Assembly (NCBI RefSeq): GCF_045310485.1
Contig: NZ_JBEWZH010000006.1
Location: 38,785 to 62,784, forward strand
From: Aquirufa salirivi
GTDB taxonomy: Bacteria > Bacteroidota > Bacteroidia > Cytophagales > Spirosomataceae
DNA: 24,000 nucleotides
Reading direction: 5' to 3'
The stretch's first letter is position 1; each line of letters opens with the position of its first letter. Under the pieces are notes generated by a model, which was given only the letters and a program-made list of their open reading frames with translations, was not told the origin of the DNA and did not search any database. A program made the translations under genes and the position numbers. This document shows positions 18,468 through 24,000 of this stretch, in pieces.

Positions 18468-19385
18468 ATGTATAAATACGTTGCATTGGGAATGCAAATT
18501 CAATCTGAAATTGAAATTCCAGGCTTGTTTCCTTTTGACTTCCAAGAAAGTGGGGACACCGTTATTGTCAAAATAGGTACTGTACCAGAGACTCTTCAAA
18601 ATGAAATATTAGAAGTAAAGCCTTTTTCTTTCTTCAACGAGCGTGAGTTTATATTTCATATTCCAGAGGCAGCAAAATTTTATATTACGAATGGGAATAA
18701 AATACTAATAGAGCCATTAACGGATAATTTGGATGAAGTGTTTTTTTATCTATACACTGGTGTATTGGCTACTGTATTATTTCAAAAAAATATACTTCCT
18801 TTTCATGTTTCAGGTGTAGTTCTTAAAAACAACACAGTTTTGCTTTTTGCAGGACACCAGAGAGCAGGGAAGTCTTCTACTTCTATCATGCTTCAAAATA
18901 GAGGTTATTTGCCATTTACAGATGATACGGCTGTATTACAAGTTAAAAATGGACTTTGTTATGCAACTTCCTCATACCCGATTATTCGGGCAATGGAACG
19001 AACTTTAGAGAAGCAATCGGTCTATTCAGATGACGAAATAACGCCGAAAATTAAAGAAGGCTTTAAGTTTGGAATAAATTTTCATAAAAAGTTTACTCCT
19101 GAGCAGTTACCCGTTAGTGGTATCGTTTTTTTAAGTGAAGATGGGGATGAGGTGGAGATTTCGCCAATGAAATCAACAGAAGCCATTAAATTGTTAAAGT
19201 TTAATATTTACAGAAAACAGTGGGTCAATGGTATGAAAAAAGAACTTCTTGAATTTCAGACGATTTCACAAATTGCTCAGAGTAAATTACATTTTTTTTC
19301 AGTTAAGCGCCCTTGGGAATCCGATAGTTTTGAGATTTTAGCACAAGCCATAGAAGATCAAGTCATTCATCAAATTGGAAAATAA
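18468..19385 (+). CDS. HPr kinase-like (HprK-related) peptide kinase
   Basis: 305 aa. The HprK C-terminal-domain pattern is HVSGVVLKNNTVLLFAGHQRAGKSSTSIMLQNRGYLPFTDDTAVL, comprising a P-loop GxxxxGKS and a downstream DD. It is adjacent to lasso B1/B2 genes, as in paeninodin-type clusters. Confidence 0.72.
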   Translation: MYKYVALGMQIQSEIEIPGLFPFDFQESGDTVIVKIGTVPETLQNEILEVKPFSFFNEREFIFHIPEAAKFYITNGNKILIEPLTDNLDEVFFYLYTGVLATVLFQKNILPFHVSGVVLKNNTVLLFAGHQRAGKSSTSIMLQNRGYLPFTDDTAVLQVKNGLCYATSSYPIIRAMERTLEKQSVYSDDEITPKIKEGFKFGINFHKKFTPEQLPVSGIVFLSEDGDEVEISPMKSTEAIKLLKFNIYRKQWVNGMKKELLEFQTISQIAQSKLHFFSVKRPWESDSFEILAQAIEDQVIHQIGK

Positions 19386-20226
19386 AAAGAATATAGTTTG
19401 GCTTGCTTCTTATCCTAAATCTGGGAATACTTGGTTTAGGAGCTTTATTTCAGCACTTAGAAATAAAGGAGAAGTCGATATCAATGCTATTTCTACTGAA
19501 GGGATATTTTCTCAAAAAAGAGGGTTGGAAGAATGTTTGGATTTGGATGCAGATGAAATACCTGTGTCTAAAATGGATCAATTTAAGCGCATATCTTTTG
19601 TGCACCAATCAAATACTTCTGCCAAGAAGTGTTTTGTGAAAATCCATGATTTGTATTCCATGTCAAAAATTGACCATCAACCTATTGTACCAGAAGAGTC
19701 TACATTGGCTGCTATCTACTTTGTGAGAAATCCGCTGGATGTAACTATTTCAATGGCAAATCATAATGGACAAACCTTGGATGAGACCATTGCCAAAGTG
19801 GTGTGTAATGAACATGCAAATTTGGTTCGATCAGAAAAACATGCGCAAGATCAGTTTCAGCAATATTTAGGCACATGGAATATGCATGTGGAAAGTTGGA
19901 AAAAGGTCACAGCTTTTCCCGTAATTTTTATTCGATATGAAGACATGAAAAAGAATCCCCAAGATTCATTTTCACAAGCTCTGAAACAGATTGAATATGA
20001 GGCAACTGAAGAAGAAATACAATTAGCTTTAGAAGCTTCCCAATTTGAAAAATTAAAAAATCAAGAAGTTGAGTTTGGATTTAGAGAAAAACCAAAAGCC
20101 TGTAAGTCATTTTTTAATAAAGGAGAGGTTGGTCAATGGAAAGAGCAATTAAATCAAGTACAAATCAATAAAATAAGACAATTTAATGAACCTATGATGC
20201 GAGAATTCGGATATTGGGAAGAATAA
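19375..20226 (+). CDS. PAPS-dependent sulfotransferase (cytosolic SULT-like fold)
   Basis: 283 aa. It has a 5'-phosphosulfate-binding loop SYPKSGNTW, a RNPLDV...H segment and a 3'-phosphate-binding motif FNKGEVGQWKEQL. A TTG start at 19375 is forced, because the PSB loop begins at residue 12 and the first ATG is codon 67. It overlaps the kinase gene by 11 nt. Confidence 0.8.
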   Translation: MENKKNIVWLASYPKSGNTWFRSFISALRNKGEVDINAISTEGIFSQKRGLEECLDLDADEIPVSKMDQFKRISFVHQSNTSAKKCFVKIHDLYSMSKIDHQPIVPEESTLAAIYFVRNPLDVTISMANHNGQTLDETIAKVVCNEHANLVRSEKHAQDQFQQYLGTWNMHVESWKKVTAFPVIFIRYEDMKKNPQDSFSQALKQIEYEATEEEIQLALEASQFEKLKNQEVEFGFREKPKACKSFFNKGEVGQWKEQLNQVQINKIRQFNEPMMREFGYWEE

Positions 20227-20231
20227 TAAAT

Positions 20232-20522
20232 ATGGAAAATATGGAAAACATGACATACGTTTTTAATGAAGAAAGAGTATTATTAACCCAATTAGGAGAA
20301 GAAGGAGTTTTATATGATATTCAATCCAATGAATATTTTACCTTAAATGAAACCTTGTTTTATATCGTAGATGGGATTAAAAAGGGACTAACTTTGGTAG
20401 AAATCGGCGAAATATTAATGAGCAAATACGATATCGATGAGAATTTGTGTTATCAAGAAATAGCCAAAGCTATCCAACAATTGGTAGAAAAAAATATCCT
20501 ATTAGAACAAAATAATGCTTAG
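20232..20522 (+). CDS. PqqD-family RiPP recognition element (lasso B1)
   Basis: About 96 aa with the PqqD pattern: EEGVLYDIQSNEYFTLNETLFYIVDGIKKGLTLVEIGEILMSKYDIDEN...QQLVEKNILLE. The start is set to the ATG at 20232 (the track used TTG at 20214). Its end overlaps the B2 start by 8 nt. Confidence 0.72.
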   Translation: MENMENMTYVFNEERVLLTQLGEEGVLYDIQSNEYFTLNETLFYIVDGIKKGLTLVEIGEILMSKYDIDENLCYQEIAKAIQQLVEKNILLEQNNA

Positions 20523-20940
20523 GGTAATTAGTCTTTTTTTAAAATTAAGTTTTCGTAACCAGAGTCTTATTTTGGGGACAATCATCCTATCTGTTTATTG
20601 TTATTTTTTATTTAAAATAAAGCCGACCTGGATTAGATTTGGCCGGATTCACCAAGTTAAATTGGAAACGGGAAAAATTGATTGGAGACTAGTTAAGGAT
20701 ATTCGGGAGTCAATTCGATTAGTAAGTAAAAGATTACCTCTTCATTTAGTTTGTCGCCATGAAGCTTACATTGCTAAAATATGGTTGAATTATTATAAAA
20801 TCCCCTACAAGATTTATATTGGATTCAAATATGGGGATGATAAAAGCATTCTGGGACATGCTTGGACAGAAGTGCAAGGCAGACAAATCACGGGGTTTTG
20901 TGATCCCCAGGATTATGTGATTCAGGCTATATATACTTGA
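20515..20940 (+). CDS. Lasso peptide leader peptidase B2 (transglutaminase-like Cys protease)
   Basis: 141 aa. The candidate catalytic Cys is in LVCRHEAYIAKIWL, the His in GHAWTEV, and a downstream Asp in CDPQD. The size and motif order match split-B lasso proteases. Confidence 0.75.
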   Translation: MLRVISLFLKLSFRNQSLILGTIILSVYCYFLFKIKPTWIRFGRIHQVKLETGKIDWRLVKDIRESIRLVSKRLPLHLVCRHEAYIAKIWLNYYKIPYKIYIGFKYGDDKSILGHAWTEVQGRQITGFCDPQDYVIQAIYT

Positions 20941-20961
20941 AATAGGAGTTTAGAGATTGAA

Positions 20962-20986
20962 CATTGATTTCAATAATAAATCAATG
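20962..20986. terminator. Weak AT-rich hairpin between the convergent B2 gene and the 50-aa ORF
   Basis: 9-bp stem CATTGATTT / AAATCAATG with a 7-nt loop. There is no clear T-tract on either strand. Confidence 0.25.
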
Positions 20987-20991
20987 ATTCA

Positions 20992-21144
20992 TTAGTAACC
21001 CAACATATGATCAGAATCAAGTAAGAATTTGAGTGGATTCAAATCGATTATTTCTTCGGTATTCCACTTTTCTAATTTAGGACTTTCCCATTTTTTGAGA
21101 TCGGGAGAATTCGTGTCATCATTCAATAATACTTTCTTCTTCAT
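20992..21144 (-). CDS. Unannotated 50-aa ORF with a lasso-leader-like motif (candidate second precursor or leader-bearing peptide)
   Basis: Hand translation: MKKKVLLNDDTNSPDLKKWESPKLEKWNTEEIIDLNPLKFLLDSDHMLGY. ATG at 21144-21142 and TAA at 20994-20992. WESPKL fits the Y/WxxPxL RRE-recognition motif. The motif spacing is shared with the ORF at 23844-24000. It lies 67 nt downstream of the SET gene on the same strand. It is too short for the supplied ORF track. Confidence 0.4.
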   Translation of the reverse strand: MKKKVLLNDDTNSPDLKKWESPKLEKWNTEEIIDLNPLKFLLDSDHMLGY

Positions 21145-21211
21145 TTTTCAATTGTTAGAGCTACATGGGGAAATGAAATAATAAATTATCTAACTTCTAT
21201 ATAATGTACAT

Positions 21212-21712
21212 TTATTTGTATTTCAATGGACTTATTTTTTTCATTAGATTTCTGTAAAGCCAATAGTTTTCTCCATAAGAAACAAAAATTTCTTCATTTG
21301 GGGGGATATCATCTCTTGCAATAATGGTCATAGTTTCTAGACGAAAATCAAGCTTTTGTATCGTGTTGGGTTTATTAGCATGGTTGTATAATGAACCATT
21401 CCCCAACGCTAAATAAACTTTGTTTCCATGTGTATTACATACTTCGCACTTGCAACTTTGATTAGCCCAAATGTAATCTAACATGGTAGGTTCCGATAAA
21501 TAGAATGAGCGCCATTTTAAAGCCAATAGTCTGGCTTCTTCAATTAACTCCCCTTGTTTGATTAGTTCATTGGAAAAAACACCAAATCCATGAATTGAAG
21601 ATTGACTTAATCTAATTTTAGATGATATACCAGCTATATCATATTTAGGTTCAGAAATTTCACAAGGATTTAACACGGTAAATATTTTTTGTTTGAAGTA
21701 ATAAATATACAA
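21212..21712 (-). CDS. SET-domain protein (putative lysine N-methyltransferase)
   Basis: SET motifs appear in order: GFGVFS (GxG), NHANKPN (NHxxxPN) and EEIFVSYGENYW (ExxxxY). There is a Cys-rich insert, CKCEVC. No ATG start is available: the options are TTG at 21712 or GTG at 21676, and the first ATG is codon 77. It lies 34 nt downstream of the cyclase stop. Confidence 0.7.
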   Translation of the reverse strand: MYIYYFKQKIFTVLNPCEISEPKYDIAGISSKIRLSQSSIHGFGVFSNELIKQGELIEEARLLALKWRSFYLSEPTMLDYIWANQSCKCEVCNTHGNKVYLALGNGSLYNHANKPNTIQKLDFRLETMTIIARDDIPPNEEIFVSYGENYWLYRNLMKKISPLKYK

Positions 21713-21746
21713 AAAATGAACTTTCTTTATTCAATACAAAAATCGC

Positions 21747-23630
21747 CTAAACAAATTTGTTTGGGTGAGATTGGATAAATAGCGCACAACTTATTGACCT
21801 TGTTAGATAAATGGAGTTATTGTATGCATTTTTGTTTCTAGGATCTTTAATGATGCTAGCAAGGCTATCTTTCATTTTTTGAATATCCAGATAATAGGTA
21901 ATCGCCTTATTTTGATCGAAAGACTCTAATAATTGTTCAAACTCTTTTGCTTCATTTGCGATTCTAAGCGAAAGATCAGTAGCCTGTCTACCTTTCTTTT
22001 TTTGGTGAATTAAATCATCTAACAATCTACCTTTCATGGCTGTTTTTATTAACCACTTTGGTGTGTCATATCGGTAATAGTATTCGTTGGGAACTGATAG
22101 GCAAAATTCTACTAAATTTTTATCGGCACTCGGATCAAAGGTTTTGATATCAAAATAGTAGGAAAGGTCATGCCATACGGCTCCAATTTTACTGAATTGA
22201 GGATTAATAAATTGAATTTGTTTTTTTTCATTTGGAACTAATTGACGAAAATAGGGATCATGGCCAGATTCCAACATCCTTTTTTCTAAATCAATATCTT
22301 CAGCAAATTTGGAGTTTATGTGAGAATAAGAATCCCAAATTTTGGATTGATCAATACCCATGTATTTTTTAAATTTTTGGGACATGAGCCCAATGTAAGA
22401 GGATATTGTTAGCTTTTCATTGCTATCAAAGCCAATAAGTTGTTTAATTTTTTCTTTGACGGAATTTTTTTCTGTATAACCCGTCCAAGAAATAGTTGAG
22501 TTTCCAAATTGACCTATCAACATGGTGTCAATTCCCTCTTTTCCGGCATTTCGATAAATTTCATAGATCCAAAAAAGATTTCCTGCTGCATGCAAAGGGC
22601 TATGATGCAGATCAGTCATCTCTTTGAGATTTTGAACAATGGAAACCTGCTCACTCCGAATTAATTGTAAATCTACATTACCTAAAAATTGAGCAGTTGG
22701 TATGGTTAGGTATGATTCATTGGTGGCAGTTAGTGGATTAAATAAATCAGAAGTATCCTCTTTTGGAATGGATGTAAATGCTGTTAAAGACTTTCCTTCT
22801 TTTTTTAAGATTTCAGATGCTACCGTGGTGATGGTACTGGAATCAAATCCTGAACTTAATTGGCTTCCGATTTTATTTGCTCCTTGTATTCTATTTCTTA
22901 CCGACTGTTCCAATTTTGCATTAAAGCGAGTCACATATTCCATTTCAGTATTCAGCTGTAGTACAGGAGTGTTTTCAGCTATCCAATATCTTTTGAACTC
23001 AGTTTTGCCATTAATAATTTTTAAGTAATGCGCAGGAAGTAAAAAATGAATGTCTTCAAAGGCTGTTTCATCATTTAATCTATCCCAAACTGTCAAAATG
23101 CCAGCTATATAGCTTTCGTTAATTTTTAGATGGCTTTTGTCAAAATCAAGAAGTCCTTTAAGTAAAGAAGAGAAAGCTATATAATCATGTCCTTTTCTAT
23201 AATAGATCGTACCAATTCCAAATGGATCTCTGGCAAGGAATAATTCTTTAGAATTACCATTCCAAATAACTAAAGTCCATTCACCGTCAATTTTTTTTAC
23301 AAAATCATCTCCTAGCAATAAATATAATTTTAGGAGAAGTATGTTGTTAGGAATAGACTCATCTATTTTCATTGACAAAAGGGTAAATAAGTCCTTTCGG
23401 TTGTCAATTCGACCAGTGGAAATAATCTGGCAATTATTTTCTGAGTATAGTAATTCTTGAGCTTGAAATTCTGTATGGAGAGATCTGGTTTGTACACCAA
23501 TGTGACTACCATGGTCTACTGAATCTGATATTAGGCTAGGGGCAAATTCACTTAAGGAATTTTGTATGATGGGAAATAGATCAGAATTAGTATCTGGGTC
23601 AAATGATACTAAACCGTACAAAATATTCAT
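21747..23630 (-). CDS. Lasso peptide macrolactam synthetase (asparagine synthetase B-like, C protein)
   Basis: 627 aa. It has an AsnB-like two-domain layout but the N-terminus MNILYG lacks the Cys2 glutaminase nucleophile. It carries a PP-loop variant, SSGFDSS. It is clustered with B1/B2/ABC genes. Confidence 0.85.
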   Translation of the reverse strand: MNILYGLVSFDPDTNSDLFPIIQNSLSEFAPSLISDSVDHGSHIGVQTRSLHTEFQAQELLYSENNCQIISTGRIDNRKDLFTLLSMKIDESIPNNILLLKLYLLLGDDFVKKIDGEWTLVIWNGNSKELFLARDPFGIGTIYYRKGHDYIAFSSLLKGLLDFDKSHLKINESYIAGILTVWDRLNDETAFEDIHFLLPAHYLKIINGKTEFKRYWIAENTPVLQLNTEMEYVTRFNAKLEQSVRNRIQGANKIGSQLSSGFDSSTITTVASEILKKEGKSLTAFTSIPKEDTSDLFNPLTATNESYLTIPTAQFLGNVDLQLIRSEQVSIVQNLKEMTDLHHSPLHAAGNLFWIYEIYRNAGKEGIDTMLIGQFGNSTISWTGYTEKNSVKEKIKQLIGFDSNEKLTISSYIGLMSQKFKKYMGIDQSKIWDSYSHINSKFAEDIDLEKRMLESGHDPYFRQLVPNEKKQIQFINPQFSKIGAVWHDLSYYFDIKTFDPSADKNLVEFCLSVPNEYYYRYDTPKWLIKTAMKGRLLDDLIHQKKKGRQATDLSLRIANEAKEFEQLLESFDQNKAITYYLDIQKMKDSLASIIKDPRNKNAYNNSIYLTRSISCALFIQSHPNKFV

Positions 23631-23707
23631 TGTGGAAATAGGTTATGGATAAAAAATATCACGTTTGTGTTTGCATGATTCAATACTTGTATCTAGGCAT
23701 ATTTAGC

Positions 23708-23742
23708 AACAATTTACAAGTATTTAATACTTCTAAATTGTT
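23708..23742. promoter_or_regulatory. 35-nt near-perfect palindrome upstream of the cyclase gene
   Basis: AACAATTTAcAAGTATT-T-AATACTTcTAAATTGTT: 16 of 17 arm positions are complementary, centred on 23725. It lies between the stop of the edge ORF (23844) and the cyclase ATG (23630). Confidence 0.4.
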
Positions 23743-23843
23743 TATATTTAATATAATTGAGTACAGATTTGATGTTCTTATGAATGAAACTAATACTATT
23801 TAACTCGATTCAAATGGAGCTAATGCGGGTTAAAAATCCTTTT

Positions 23844-24000
23844 TTATTGGTTATATGTTTTCACGCCACCGTCTACACCAACACCATATTTTAAGCCCAA
23901 ATTGACATATTCCCAAATGATGATTTGAGGGTCTATCCAATTCTTTTTTTCATAGGACAATTGAGAGTCTATTTTATTTGACTGTAGGGTAAAATGTTCA
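23844..24000 (-). CDS. Small or partial ORF ending in a lasso-compatible core (best precursor-peptide candidate); the frame is open to the window edge
   Basis: Hand translation from the window edge: EHFTLQSNKIDSQLSYEKKNWIDPQIIIWEYVNLGLKYGVGVDGGVKTYNQ*. TAA at 23846-23844. No in-frame ATG is visible. An in-frame TTG at 23960-23958 would give a 38-aa peptide. WIDPQI fits the Y/WxxPx(L/I) leader motif, and the core GLKYGVGVDGGVKTYNQ has Gly1 and Asp9. Confidence 0.4.
   Translation of the reverse strand, partial: EHFTLQSNKIDSQLSYEKKNWIDPQIIIWEYVNLGLKYGVGVDGGVKTYNQ

Noticed and set aside
19403-19639. 78-aa alternative-frame ORF inside the sulfotransferase gene, and 22702-23028 antisense to the cyclase
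   Set aside because: The host frames carry the diagnostic PAPS-binding and PP-loop motifs. The alternatives are Leu/Ile-rich shadows of AT-rich DNA.
23933-23953. ATG-initiated 6-codon ORF (MKKRIG*) on the minus strand
   Set aside because: It is too short to be a gene as it stands. It is retained only as part of the A7 frameshift hypothesis for the edge ORF.
1-24000. Search for CRISPR arrays, IS elements, transposases, integrases, rRNA genes, toxin-antitoxin pairs and known defence-system genes
   Set aside because: No regularly spaced direct repeats were seen. No ORF has DDE transposase, tyrosine or serine recombinase, Cas or nuclease/helicase defence motifs. The only RNA gene recognised is tRNA-Arg.

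Overview
All product calls come from reading motifs in the supplied translations; no homology search was possible. The window looks like a Bacteroidota chromosome: DUF4290-murA synteny, TAnnTTTG -7 boxes 17-24 nt upstream of starts, and no Shine-Dalgarno sequences. Positions 1-15.3 kb are housekeeping genes. On the + strand these are sucA (5'-truncated), sucB and lpdA. They are followed by mscL, a GH33 sialidase, a tightly packed minus-strand block asnS-dgkA-DUF4290-murA-MATE, rpoN, a small four-helix-bundle (23S rRNA IVS-type) gene, an enoyl-CoA hydratase and tRNA-Arg(ACG). Just past the tRNA terminator the sequence becomes clearly more AT-rich. From 15.39 kb to the window edge lies an approximately 8.6 kb lasso-peptide-type RiPP gene cluster in three transcription units. 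The core genes are an Asn-synthetase-like cyclase (C), a split leader peptidase (PqqD/RRE B1 plus transglutaminase-like B2) and an ABC exporter (D). Four putative tailoring enzymes accompany them: an HprK-like kinase, a PAPS-type sulfotransferase, a PF14907-like nucleotidyltransferase and a SET-domain methyltransferase. Two unannotated small ORFs share the leader-like motif W-x-x-P-x-(L/I)-x-x-W. One, at the window edge, ends in a lasso-compatible core GLKYGVGVDGGVKTYNQ (Gly1...Asp9). This heavily tailored lasso cluster is the main candidate for a previously undescribed system, especially the sulfotransferase and the SET-domain enzyme. Smaller observations: SucB has two lipoyl domains, MurA has Asp at the fosfomycin-target Cys position, the four-helix-bundle gene is flanked by repeats, and there are several hairpins and palindromes.
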